NCBI GenBank assembly: GCA_038998335.1
Contig: JAVZHQ010000001.1
Coordinates: forward strand, 672,609 to 736,608
Source of the DNA: Candidatus Aenigmatarchaeota archaeon
Lineage (GTDB): Archaea; Aenigmatarchaeota; Aenigmatarchaeia; CG10238-14; SCSR01
Direction: 5' to 3'
Length of the DNA: 64,000 nt
The position numbers and the translations under genes are program-made. Below the pieces are notes generated by a model. The model saw only the letters and a program-made list of their open reading frames with translations. It was not told the DNA's origin and made no database searches. Of this stretch, positions 49,755 to 59,364 are shown piece by piece. Numbering within the stretch: position 1 is the stretch's first letter; the number at the start of each line of letters is the position of its first letter.

Positions 49755-50471
49755 TTAAATATTAAAATCCTTTATTTTTCTAATTCGCATCGTTAGAAAT
49801 GCAGTATAGCATGGAAATAACTCAGAAAAAATTTTATTAAGAGTTGGTGGTAAAAAGAGAAAACCGTAACCTTTCAACTTTTCAAGCTTAAAACCATAAA
49901 CTTGAGCCAAATCTTTAAGTGAAGAAATAGTGAAAGCTTTCATATGGCTTGGCCAACTTAGTTTTGTGCCCCTCAAAAAATTTCCAAGCTGTACGTCAGT
50001 TAAATGAAGAGTAGTTGGTTGTTGTCCTAGCAATATGAAAAAAATGTTATGAATTGAAGATAAATTTGGAACCGAAATAACAGCGTAACCATCTTTCTTT
50101 AACACCCTATTTACCTCCTTAAAAAAGTTTGGAGTATTCCAAAGATGTTCTAAAACCTGGTTTGCTGAAACTACATCAAAAAAATTGGAAGGATAAGGAA
50201 ATTTATGATTTAAATCGCTGATTTTAACTTTTATACCTTTTTTTCTCGCAACATTAGCGCTCTTTTTATCCAATTCAATACCATAAAGATTGGTTGAATT
50301 TAAAGTTTGTCCTATTTTAAGAGTTAAACTACCATTACTACAACCTAAATCTAAAATTTTTGGATCTTTCTTTTCTTTAATAAAAAATGATAAGAAAAAT
50401 TCTTGATTTTGTTTATAGAGGAAGTCCGAAACAACAAAAAATTTGCATTTTTCCCAATCTTTCTTTAGCAT
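49755..50471 (-). CDS. Class I SAM-dependent methyltransferase
   Basis: ILDLGCSNG, QVLEHL, RVLKKDG. Confidence 0.88.
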   Translation of the reverse strand: MLKKDWEKCKFFVVSDFLYKQNQEFFLSFFIKEKKDPKILDLGCSNGSLTLKIGQTLNSTNLYGIELDKKSANVARKKGIKVKISDLNHKFPYPSNFFDVVSANQVLEHLWNTPNFFKEVNRVLKKDGYAVISVPNLSSIHNIFFILLGQQPTTLHLTDVQLGNFLRGTKLSWPSHMKAFTISSLKDLAQVYGFKLEKLKGYGFLFLPPTLNKIFSELFPCYTAFLTMRIRKIKDFNI

Positions 50472-51394
50472 TTTAATCCTTTATAAAAATTTACAGTTCT
50501 TTCTATAGCTTCCTTTATGCTTACTTTTTGTTCCCATCCAAGCCTCTTAATTTTATTAACATCGAGAAGCATTAAATGAACATCACCTTTCCAACCAGCT
50601 TTTCCACCAGTAAATTTAAATTTTGGTTTTAAATTCATTTTTTCACAAACTATTTCAGCTATTTCCTTAACAGTTATCCAATCTTCAGAACCTATGTTAA
50701 AAATTTCTAGCTTTTTGGAAGATTTTCTTGCTCCGATTAGCATAGCATCTATACAATCACTTATATAAATGTAAGATTTTTTTTGTTTACCATTTCCTAG
50801 AATTTCTAATTCGTTTGGATTTTTCTTTAATTTGTTAAAAAAATCAAAAATTACTCCGTGAGAAGACCTTGGACCAATAACGTTTGCTAACCTAAAAATT
50901 ACAGATTTAAAACCAAAAGTATTACAATAAGCAGAAATTAAAGCTTCGCAAGCTAATTTTGTTGCTCCATATAAGGAAATCGGTTCAAGAGGAGAATTTT
51001 CTGGGGTTGGTATTTTTTTAGCTAACCCGTAAACTGTTGAAGAAGAAGTAAAATAAATTTTTTTCACGTCATTTTTTCTCATAGCTTCTAAAACATTATA
51101 AGTTGCTAAAAAATTTTGTTCTATATCTATTTTTGTATTTTTTAAAGCAGCTCTCACATCAGGATTGGCAGCCAAATGCCAAACTTCTTCTACATTTTTA
51201 AAATAACTATCAATGCTATCCTTAACTATATCCACTTTAAAAAATTTGAATTTTGAATTGGTTAAGTTGTGTTGAATGTTTTCTTTTTTACCTGTACTTA
51301 GATTATCTAAGACTATTATTTCGTTATTCTTTAAAAGAACATCAACTAAATGTGAACCAATAAAGCCTGCCCCGCCTGTAATTAAAATTTTCAT
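50465..51394 (-). CDS. NAD-dependent epimerase/dehydratase (UDP-glucose 4-epimerase-like); start revised to ATG 51394
   Basis: MKILITGGAGFIGSHL, SSSTVYG, YGATK. Confidence 0.9.
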   Translation of the reverse strand: MKILITGGAGFIGSHLVDVLLKNNEIIVLDNLSTGKKENIQHNLTNSKFKFFKVDIVKDSIDSYFKNVEEVWHLAANPDVRAALKNTKIDIEQNFLATYNVLEAMRKNDVKKIYFTSSSTVYGLAKKIPTPENSPLEPISLYGATKLACEALISAYCNTFGFKSVIFRLANVIGPRSSHGVIFDFFNKLKKNPNELEILGNGKQKKSYIYISDCIDAMLIGARKSSKKLEIFNIGSEDWITVKEIAEIVCEKMNLKPKFKFTGGKAGWKGDVHLMLLDVNKIKRLGWEQKVSIKEAIERTVNFYKGLKC

Positions 51395-51462
51395 AATAAA
51401 ATAAAGTTTAAGAACATATTTAAAAGGAGATGAATAAATCTTAAAAAATAAGTTTACTGGTT

Positions 51463-51612
51463 TTAAATTTTTCTTAACACAATAACTAACTCTTGACAAG
51501 GAAAGAATATCGGAATTTCCTCGTAAATAAACGGAAGTTTATTAGCAAACCATTCTAAGAATTTTCCGTATGTTGAAGCTAATACTTTACCCCTTAGGTT
51601 TATTTCCTTTAA
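51463..51612 (-). pseudogene. Orphan 3' fragment of a methyltransferase paralogous to 51726..52340
   Basis: KEINLRGKVLASTYGKFLEWFANKLPFIYEEIPIFFPCQELVIVLRKI*, with no in-frame start. Confidence 0.8.
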
Positions 51613-51869
51613 CTTGATTTTTCATTTCTGTTTTAGTTTCTCTAAATTTTTAGTTATACCGCTTGTTAAAAATAATAAGAAAGCTAAAGTAGACAGAAGA
51701 AGAAAACTATTTTTGGTAGATGTAATTAAATTTTTTTCATTATTACTACCAAATCAGGAATTGGGAAAAATACAGGAACTTGTTCATAAATAAACGGAAG
51801 TTTATTAGCAAACCATTCTAAGAATTTTCCGTATGTTGAAGCTAATACTTTACCCCTTAGGTTTATTTC
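51524..51869. repeat. 83-bp exact direct repeat (51524-51606 and 51787-51869)
   Basis: taaataaacggaagttt...cccttaggtttatttc identical in both copies. Confidence 0.92.
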
Positions 51870-52340
51870 TTTTCTTTGCCAATCATGATATTCAAATTTT
51901 CTCTTTAAAATTTTAAAATGAAAACCAAAGTCGATAAAAAATTTATTGTTTTTTTCAAAGTATTCGAAAGTCTCGTAAGAAATAAAATGTTTATGTGTGG
52001 GATCTCTAAATGAACCTTTATGCTTAAAATGAGGTAATCTTGCAAACAAAAGTCCTTGGGGTTTTAAAACTCTATGAATTTCTTTCATTACCGATACTAA
52101 ATCACTAGCGTGCTCTAGAAAATGAGAAGCAAAAACAATGTCATACTCGTTAGATTTAGCAAATTCCCAAGGGATTTTATCCAAATCGTAGTTTATATCT
52201 GCGGGTGAATACTTATCTACCGATATTATTCTTATTTTGTTTTTAAACTCGATAAAATCTTTAAGATAGGTATACAAATATTCATTTGTTACTTTGAACT
52301 TACCACTACCTATGTCCAACACTTTCATATATTTTTTCAT
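51726..52340 (-). CDS. SAM-dependent methyltransferase (type 11-like)
   Basis: VLDIGSG, SHFLEH, EIHRVLKP, DPTH. Confidence 0.85.
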   Translation of the reverse strand: MKKYMKVLDIGSGKFKVTNEYLYTYLKDFIEFKNKIRIISVDKYSPADINYDLDKIPWEFAKSNEYDIVFASHFLEHASDLVSVMKEIHRVLKPQGLLFARLPHFKHKGSFRDPTHKHFISYETFEYFEKNNKFFIDFGFHFKILKRKFEYHDWQRKEINLRGKVLASTYGKFLEWFANKLPFIYEQVPVFFPIPDLVVIMKKI

Positions 52341-53316
52341 GTTGTCTTGCAAAATTTTCCCATGTAAATTTTTTTGCATATTTCATACCTTCTTTAGCTA
52401 TATATTTATATTTTTTCTTGTCTTCTGTAAGTTCTAAAATTTTCTTTACCATATCCGTTGGGTCCTTACAGGCAATAGCTTTTTTCCTCGTTTCTTTAGG
52501 TATTTTTGCGTCTCTAAGAATTAAAGTTGGAATACCGCAAGCCTGTGCCTCAATAATTGGAAGACCAAATCCTTCGTACAAGGAAGGAAAAATAAAAAAA
52601 TCAAATGAATTGTATAAATCGACGAGTTTTTCTTCCTCTATATTACCAAGAATTACTATATCTTTCAGGTTTTTTGGTATTTGCTTATCTATATATGTTT
52701 GAAAAAACGCAGGAGAAGTACCACCTGCTAAAATTAATTTACAGTCTATTTTCTTTTTAAGTATCTTAAATACTTCTATTGCCTTATCAACACCCTTTCT
52801 GATCGAAAAATTAGAAAAGAAACCTAAAGTAACTTTCTCTTTTTCTATGCGTTTTGGTTTGAATTTTTTATCTACACCAGGAGGAATTATAATAGATTTA
52901 CGATTGAAATATTTTTTGACTTCTTCAGCAGTTTGTGAAGAATTTGCAATTATAATCTTACATTTTGAGGCCAATCTCCACATCGCTTTTGTATAAAACT
53001 CTGAAATAGAAGAGAACTTATACCTAAATTTTTTGCCAAACTCAAAAGGAATAAAATCATGAAAGGTAACTATGGTTTTTTTCCAAGGGATAAATGGTAG
53101 AAAAGAAGCACTTTCTGGAACAAGGGAATGGACTATATCTGAAGTGCTCAGTAACTCTTTTAAAGGAACTTTAATTAAATTATCCCAAATTAAAGGTAAA
53201 TCTCCATAAACCTCAAAGATTTCTTCATACTTTACTCTTTTAATAAGCTCTGAGGAAATTCGAGCTATTCCTTTAAATTTTGGGACATCTAAACTAGGAA
53301 CGATAAGAAGAACCAC
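52306..53316 (-). CDS. GT4 glycosyltransferase
   Basis: PSLYEGFGLPIIEAQACG. Confidence 0.9.
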   Translation of the reverse strand: MVLLIVPSLDVPKFKGIARISSELIKRVKYEEIFEVYGDLPLIWDNLIKVPLKELLSTSDIVHSLVPESASFLPFIPWKKTIVTFHDFIPFEFGKKFRYKFSSISEFYTKAMWRLASKCKIIIANSSQTAEEVKKYFNRKSIIIPPGVDKKFKPKRIEKEKVTLGFFSNFSIRKGVDKAIEVFKILKKKIDCKLILAGGTSPAFFQTYIDKQIPKNLKDIVILGNIEEEKLVDLYNSFDFFIFPSLYEGFGLPIIEAQACGIPTLILRDAKIPKETRKKAIACKDPTDMVKKILELTEDKKKYKYIAKEGMKYAKKFTWENFARQHEKIYESVGHR

Positions 53317-53320
53317 TATA

Positions 53321-53400
53321 TCACCTTAATAAATATTTTATTCCAAACAAAACTCCAAGAGTTTGACCTATTACTCTTAAAAAATAGAAAAAAATACCTT
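53321..53400 (-). pseudogene. Probable C-terminal remnant of a GT2-type membrane glycosyltransferase
   Basis: ...GIFFYFLRVIGQTLGVLFGIKYLLR* resembles the tail of 45344..46336 (FFLRTLAWSLGLALGLK). Confidence 0.4.
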
Positions 53401-53460
53401 TTGACTTTAAAGCTTCTTGTTCAGGCCATCTGCTTTCTCTGCTTATCTTGAATTTAAAGG

Positions 53461-55206
53461 GTGGGTTTAAAAATAAAACTTTCATTTTCTCTACCTAAAC
53501 TTTATAATAATAAAGGAGTAGAATTTAAAAAGATAAACTTGAAGGAAATAGAACTAACAATAGAGACAAAACATTTAAGAATTATTTCTTTGTTTGGAAT
53601 TTTGATAGCTTTGTTAGTAGCTGAAATAGTTTGGCCTTGGAATACGCCAATAAACTTTGGTGACGAAGGCTACCATACAATACTTATTCAATGGCTCTCT
53701 AACAAAAAAGAATTTCCAGTTTGGACTCCTTTCTTTTCTACAGAAACAACAAAAAGTGGGATAACAGGAGCTTATCTTTACCATCTAGCAACTGCTGGTT
53801 TTATGCTTTTTGGTTTTCAAGAAGGTTTTGTTAGGTTTATAGTTCCTTTTTGTGCCATTCTTTCAGGCTTAGCTGTTTTTGTCCTTGCAAAAAGGATTTT
53901 TAACGAAAACGTTGGCTGGTTTGCTGCAATTATTTTAGTAACATTTCCTTCTTTCGTAACCTATTCAGTTTTTCTTTATAGAGATGCCTTCTTTACTTTT
54001 TACCTAACAGTTTTCTTCCTAACTTTCATTCTGGCCATAAAAGAAAATAGCAAAAAGTATTGGCTCTTATCTGGAGTCTTTGGAGCATTTACCATATTCT
54101 CAAAAACTGCAGGTTTCGGGATTTTATTCTTCGTTGCTTTTGTTTTTCTTTATGAGATTTTTACAGAAAAGAAATTTTTCCAAACTTTTAAAAAGTACCT
54201 GATTTGGTTTGGTGTCGTGATTTTAATTCTAGCTTTGCCATACTTAAGAAACATTTATTATTTTAAAAGTCTTTGCTACTATCCTTATTACCCAAGCTTT
54301 TTCGACAAGTTTCCTTTACTTAACAATAAAGGTTGTAACATAGATTTATATGAGGAAAAGCATCAGTTTGCAGGAAGGGTTGAGCAGGTAGGAACAGAAG
54401 CAAATGTTTTTGCTATTGGCTTAACTTCTTATCTTGAATTTGCATACGGAAATCTTTTTATCTTATTTTTCCCTTTCTTGGCAGGGGTTTTTCTCCTTTA
54501 CTTTTGGAGAAAAAAAACTGACATTCTAGTTTTGTTGATTTTGCTAAGCTTAATTCCAATATTTTTCATTTCAGTAGGAAGGGCTGAAGACACAGCAAGG
54601 TATACTTTAGGATGGGCTCCAATAATAGCTTTAGTTTCTGGCCTTTGGTTCGATGAAGCAAACAAATTCTTGAATAAATATTACAAGTATCTTGGAGTTA
54701 TTGTTTTTGTTTTAGTCTTGATTTATTCGATTTGGGGTTTAAGATTTTTAGGAATAAGTGGTTATGGTTTTCTTGACAGAGTTAATGTTTTACTTCAGGT
54801 CAGACAATTTTCTTCTTTATTCTTTGATGCTTGTAAATGGGTAAAAGAAAATTTGCCAGAAAACGTTAGACTTATGACAATTTGGTGTTATAGGGCTGTG
54901 TATAATTGTCAAAGAAACGCCGCGGGTAATCTTGCAGATATTGCCCTAAGCAAAGATTTAAACACTACTTTAGAAGCAGCAAAAGCTAATGGTATAACTC
55001 ATATTTTCATTCAAAAGTTTAGCATCGATCCAGCAAACAAACATTACTTGGAGCATTATGACTTAGAGTTTGTTCAGTTTTTAGAAGCTAACCCAGAACA
55101 TTTTGTTAAAGTTTATGAGAATGGTCCTTCCTTACAAGAATGCCAACTCTACTGGCAAAGGGGCTATCAGTGTGATGGAAATATAATTTATGAAATTAAG
55201 TATTAG
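53461..55206 (+). CDS. GT-C fold (ArnT/PMT-like) membrane glycosyltransferase
   Basis: FGDEGYH after TM1, many TMs, soluble C-terminal domain. Confidence 0.8.
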   Translation: MGLKIKLSFSLPKLYNNKGVEFKKINLKEIELTIETKHLRIISLFGILIALLVAEIVWPWNTPINFGDEGYHTILIQWLSNKKEFPVWTPFFSTETTKSGITGAYLYHLATAGFMLFGFQEGFVRFIVPFCAILSGLAVFVLAKRIFNENVGWFAAIILVTFPSFVTYSVFLYRDAFFTFYLTVFFLTFILAIKENSKKYWLLSGVFGAFTIFSKTAGFGILFFVAFVFLYEIFTEKKFFQTFKKYLIWFGVVILILALPYLRNIYYFKSLCYYPYYPSFFDKFPLLNNKGCNIDLYEEKHQFAGRVEQVGTEANVFAIGLTSYLEFAYGNLFILFFPFLAGVFLLYFWRKKTDILVLLILLSLIPIFFISVGRAEDTARYTLGWAPIIALVSGLWFDEANKFLNKYYKYLGVIVFVLVLIYSIWGLRFLGISGYGFLDRVNVLLQVRQFSSLFFDACKWVKENLPENVRLMTIWCYRAVYNCQRNAAGNLADIALSKDLNTTLEAAKANGITHIFIQKFSIDPANKHYLEHYDLEFVQFLEANPEHFVKVYENGPSLQECQLYWQRGYQCDGNIIYEIKY

Positions 55207-56207
55207 TGGGGGTTATGAGCGATTCAATCCTTATCAATTTATTTTTGTTGATAATTTCTACTTCTTTTTTTGCAACGTTTTTCCTTACAAAATTGTGGAT
55301 AAGAATTGCTAAAAAATCAAGGCTTGCAGGAAAAGATTTAAACAAGTATAACAAACCTGAAATTCCTGAAGCTGGGGGAATAGCTTTTGTTATTGGAACA
55401 ACATTTGCAATTCTTCTTTACATTTTCATAAAAACTTTTTACTTGTTATCAACATCAAACTTGGTTGAAATTTTAGCTGTTCTTTTAACTTTGCTTTTAG
55501 CTGGATTTCTCGGGTTTATTGATGACATTTTGGGTTGGAAGAAAGGTTTAGCCCAATGGCAAAAACCTTTGCTTACCATTCCAATAGCTATTCCTTTGAT
55601 GGTAATTAACGCTGGAAATTCAGTTATGAGCATTCCTTTTTTTGGACGGGTAGATTTTGGAATTTTATATCCTCTTTTAATAGTTCCTGTAGGAATTGTA
55701 GGTGCTGCTAACGGCTTTAACATGCTCGCAGGCCTTAATGGATTAGAAGCTTCTATTGGTTTAATAATTCTTAGCACCTTAGGAGTTTTTACTTGGCTTT
55801 TAAATTCTTTATGGGTTGCTACAATTGCTTTTTCGGCAGTTTTTAGCTTAATCGCTTTCTTGATTTTTAACAAGTATCCTGCGAAAGTATTCCCTGGTAA
55901 CACTCTTACTTATGCTACAGGAGCTTTAATCGCTTGCATAGCAATCTTGGGAAACATGGAAAAAATAGCTGTTTTTCTCTTTATTCCTTACTTTCTTGAG
56001 TTTTTGATAAAAGCAAAGAATAAGTTTAAAACTGAATGTTTTGGTATACCACAAAAAAACGGAAGCTTAAAAGCTCCTGAAAGAATAGGCTCTTTAACTC
56101 ATGTTTTTCTAAAATTTGTTAGAAGCGAAAAAGGAGTTGTTTTTTCTATTGTAACAATAGAATTACTACTTGTTTTTCTAGCCTTTATTTTCTTCAAGCC
56201 GTTTTGA
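55206..56207 (+). CDS. UDP-GlcNAc:dolichyl-phosphate GlcNAc-1-phosphotransferase (AglH/GPT/MraY family)
   Basis: IPEAGG, GFIDDI, NGFNMLAGLNGLE, PAKVFPGNT. Confidence 0.88.
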   Translation: MGVMSDSILINLFLLIISTSFFATFFLTKLWIRIAKKSRLAGKDLNKYNKPEIPEAGGIAFVIGTTFAILLYIFIKTFYLLSTSNLVEILAVLLTLLLAGFLGFIDDILGWKKGLAQWQKPLLTIPIAIPLMVINAGNSVMSIPFFGRVDFGILYPLLIVPVGIVGAANGFNMLAGLNGLEASIGLIILSTLGVFTWLLNSLWVATIAFSAVFSLIAFLIFNKYPAKVFPGNTLTYATGALIACIAILGNMEKIAVFLFIPYFLEFLIKAKNKFKTECFGIPQKNGSLKAPERIGSLTHVFLKFVRSEKGVVFSIVTIELLLVFLAFIFFKPF

Positions 56208-57698
56208 TAAAAAGCTTGCAAGTTTAAAGAAAAGGTTTTTGAAAAAAGGCGATCTTCTTCCTAAATAGTTTAGAATTCTAACTTCTTCTTTTTGGTAGAA
56301 TTTAAGAGGAATAAGTAAAAGGAAGTAAAGTAAGCCTGAAAAAACAAGAACCGAAAGCTTTAGGTAAACTCTCAGGAAAAATATTTCTGAAGATAGGAGC
56401 AAAAGTGCAAACGCAGAAGAAGCTAAGATAATCTTCATAAAAGGTTTTGCTAATTGTTTTACTCTAAGCAGTTTTTTAACGAAAGCATAGGTTACAAACA
56501 AATAGAAAAGCATAGAAAGAAAGTAAGCTAAAGCTAGGCCCCAAGAAGAGAAAAGGTATGTTAAAGGTATAGCTAATGAAAGGAACAAAGAAGTAAAAAT
56601 AAGTGAAACATTTCTTGCAAGTTCTGTTTTTTTAATTCCATACAAACAAGTCAGGAAAAAGTTTCCAACACCAAAGAGTATAGAAGCCAAAGTAAGAATT
56701 GGTAAGAATTCAGAAGATTGAAGATAACTTTTACCAGCAAAAAATAGCACAAGCTCTTTTGAAAATATGGAAAAAACAAGAACAGAAGGAATGGAAAACA
56801 AAAGAATGTAGCGAGTAACTATGCTTGTTAAGTAAGATTGCTTTTGCTCTTTTCCTTTAACAACAGAAAGCTGGGAAATTATTGGGAAAAAAGAGGCAGA
56901 AAAAATGTTTGGGATTAGAGTTATGACAAAAGAAGCTGTTAAGGCTGTACCAAAAATTCCTGTTGCCTCTGGATTCTGAACAAAAGTTAAGATTACATAC
57001 TGAGAGTTGTTTATGAACAAAGAGAAAATTCCCATAAAAAATGCTGGTAAAGCATAATTTTTAAGTATAAATTTTTTGTCTATGGAATTGGAAGAAAAAA
57101 ACCATTTCTTTTCAAACCTTATAAAAAATCCTATTACATAGCTTAAGGCAAAGGGAATTAAAGCTCCTAGATAGCCAAAACCTAGGAAAAGAAGTAGAAA
57201 AGTGAGTAAAAATTTTAGGAAGTAGCTTACAGCATCTGAAACAAAATATTTTTTCATGTTTTGTAAACCGTAAAGAAGAGAGCCAGAAATTCCGTAGATT
57301 ATTATTAGAAAGATAGAGATTAAAGCTAAAGCAAAAGAATCAAAAGGAAGCTTGAAAATTGAAGGAAAAGATAAATAGAAAAATGATATTGCTGCTAAGA
57401 AAAAGAGAAAAAGAATAGACGAAACAATAAGAGAAAATTTAAGCAATGTGCTAATTTTATCAAATTGTTTCTTTTGATAATATTCCGAAATAAGCTTTAC
57501 GTTTGCTGTTCCAAAACCCAGAAAACAAATGTTTGAAGCTAGTAGAGAAAAGTTGGTAGCTGTCGCTGCTATTCCATATTCTCCTGGAGGTAAAAACCTC
57601 CACATTGTTAGGACATAAAAAAGGCTGAACAAGTTTATTGAAAACAACTGTAAGAAAAGGTAAAAAGCGTTTGAAAAAAGTTTTTTTTCTTCTTTCAT
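56178..57698 (-). CDS. Wzx/MOP-family oligosaccharide flippase
   Basis: About 14 TM, LPPGEYG, TGIFGTA. Confidence 0.85.
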   Translation of the reverse strand: MKEEKKLFSNAFYLFLQLFSINLFSLFYVLTMWRFLPPGEYGIAATATNFSLLASNICFLGFGTANVKLISEYYQKKQFDKISTLLKFSLIVSSILFLFFLAAISFFYLSFPSIFKLPFDSFALALISIFLIIIYGISGSLLYGLQNMKKYFVSDAVSYFLKFLLTFLLLFLGFGYLGALIPFALSYVIGFFIRFEKKWFFSSNSIDKKFILKNYALPAFFMGIFSLFINNSQYVILTFVQNPEATGIFGTALTASFVITLIPNIFSASFFPIISQLSVVKGKEQKQSYLTSIVTRYILLFSIPSVLVFSIFSKELVLFFAGKSYLQSSEFLPILTLASILFGVGNFFLTCLYGIKKTELARNVSLIFTSLFLSLAIPLTYLFSSWGLALAYFLSMLFYLFVTYAFVKKLLRVKQLAKPFMKIILASSAFALLLLSSEIFFLRVYLKLSVLVFSGLLYFLLLIPLKFYQKEEVRILNYLGRRSPFFKNLFFKLASFLSKRLEENKG

Positions 57699-57854
57699 CC
57701 TTATTCACTATAAATCTTAAACCTTTCTTTTGTCGTTTTTTAAGTAGATGCTTCTAACTCTTGATTCCTCCTTTTTGGATAATTTTCTTACGTAAGATTT
57801 TTCATAAATTATTATTTATGATTTAAAATAGTTTTTAACATTCACTAATCATCC

Positions 57855-59174
57855 TTAAACCCATTCTAAGAGCCACTTCCAGAGAGGTAAACAAGCAATT
57901 GTTTTATTGTTAGTTTTAATTTCATCTTCATAGTCCCATGTTATTAACAATAAATTTTTGCATTTTAACTCATTACTCGCTCTTATTAAAGCATCAATCT
58001 CTCTTTTTTCAATTTCTCTTTTGTTAGAAGCATACGTTACTTGAATTAGTTTCTTAACATTCATGTTTTCTTTAACAACAAAATCTACTTCTCTTCCAGT
58101 ATAATCTTTCCAGTAGAATATTTCGATTAGTGGGTTTTCAACATGTTTTCTTAGCAGTTCAAGGAAGACAACATTTTCAATCAACCTTCCAATGTTTTCT
58201 GAAAACCTTAATCCCATAACGTTCGAAATCCCTGTATCTATGCAGTAAACCTTCCTAGGGGCCTTTTCTTGCATTTTAATAGATTTAGAAAACACTTTGA
58301 TGAAAAATATTAAAAAACTCGATTCAAGGTAGTAAGAAAACCTCTCTATCGTGCGCAAGGGCATACCTAAGAAGTTTTTAATTTTACCGAATGTTATGAG
58401 ATTAGAAATGTTTGTCACGTAGAATTTTGCAAGAGTTCTTAATTTTTCAACTTCCTTTATTTTAAATTTATTAACAATATCCCTTGTAAGTATATCCTCA
58501 TAATAATTCTGCAATATTTTGACTTTTTCTGTTTTCAAAACCACTTCAGGGAAACCTCCAAACTCTAAATACTCTCTAAGCAATTTCTTTATTTCAATTC
58601 TTTTAGCTAGAAGTTCAAGCCTATCCTTTATCTCCAAACCTTTGAAGTTCAAGAAAGACTTAAAATCGAGTGGAAAAACAAACAAAGAAAGATGCCTACC
58701 TGTTAAAAGAGTTGATAGCTCTTTCGTGGAAAGCTGAGAAGTTGAGCCTGAAACTACAAGAAATGCTTCTTTTTTTTCATGTAAACTCCTTACGAATTTT
58801 TCCCATTCCTTAACCTTATGAACTTCATCTAAAAATATGTACGGCTTTTCTTTTGTCTTTTTGATTCTTTCTAAATAAACTTCAAGTATTTGTTGCAAGA
58901 GTTGAAGCGAAAATTCTGTGAACCTCAAGTCCTCAAAATTAACTATTAAAGTATCTCTTGAGTCAATATTTTTTTCTCGAATTAAATAATCTACAAACTG
59001 TTTAAGGATTGTTGATTTTCCGCTTCTTCTTACGCCTATTACATCGACTATAAATCCTGTACTAACAAGTTTTTCCAGTCTTTTTAAATATTCAACACGC
59101 CTAATTCCAACATCTTGTTCCTTAACCCAAAAGTTCCAATCTAAAAGTATTGTCTCTATTTCTTCTTTTTTCAT
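57855..59174 (-). CDS. AAA_14 ATPase with DUF4143 (PD-(D/E)xK-like) C-terminus
   Basis: GVRRSGKST, FLDEVH, LLTGR, FGGFPE, KVYCIDTG, EVDFV. Confidence 0.9.
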   Translation of the reverse strand: MKKEEIETILLDWNFWVKEQDVGIRRVEYLKRLEKLVSTGFIVDVIGVRRSGKSTILKQFVDYLIREKNIDSRDTLIVNFEDLRFTEFSLQLLQQILEVYLERIKKTKEKPYIFLDEVHKVKEWEKFVRSLHEKKEAFLVVSGSTSQLSTKELSTLLTGRHLSLFVFPLDFKSFLNFKGLEIKDRLELLAKRIEIKKLLREYLEFGGFPEVVLKTEKVKILQNYYEDILTRDIVNKFKIKEVEKLRTLAKFYVTNISNLITFGKIKNFLGMPLRTIERFSYYLESSFLIFFIKVFSKSIKMQEKAPRKVYCIDTGISNVMGLRFSENIGRLIENVVFLELLRKHVENPLIEIFYWKDYTGREVDFVVKENMNVKKLIQVTYASNKREIEKREIDALIRASNELKCKNLLLITWDYEDEIKTNNKTIACLPLWKWLLEWV

Positions 59175-59203
59175 ACTTTTAAGTTAATGAGTTAATATAT
59201 TTA

Positions 59204-59231
59204 AATTTTAGCTCACAAGTGAGCTAAAATT
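59204..59231. promoter_or_regulatory. Perfect 13-bp-arm palindrome upstream of the AAA_14 gene (putative operator)
   Basis: AATTTTAGCTCAC-AA-GTGAGCTAAAATT. Confidence 0.6.
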
Positions 59232-59364
59232 AATTTATAAGTACAACGTTCGTAAGTTTTGTTCTCTAACAAATGTAAACTCTAGGAAGATAAAATTTCC
59301 ATACAAATTTTTTAGTTACGTTTCTTTTTTTCTTTTTAAAAGATTGAAAAAAGTTTGTCTCTTC

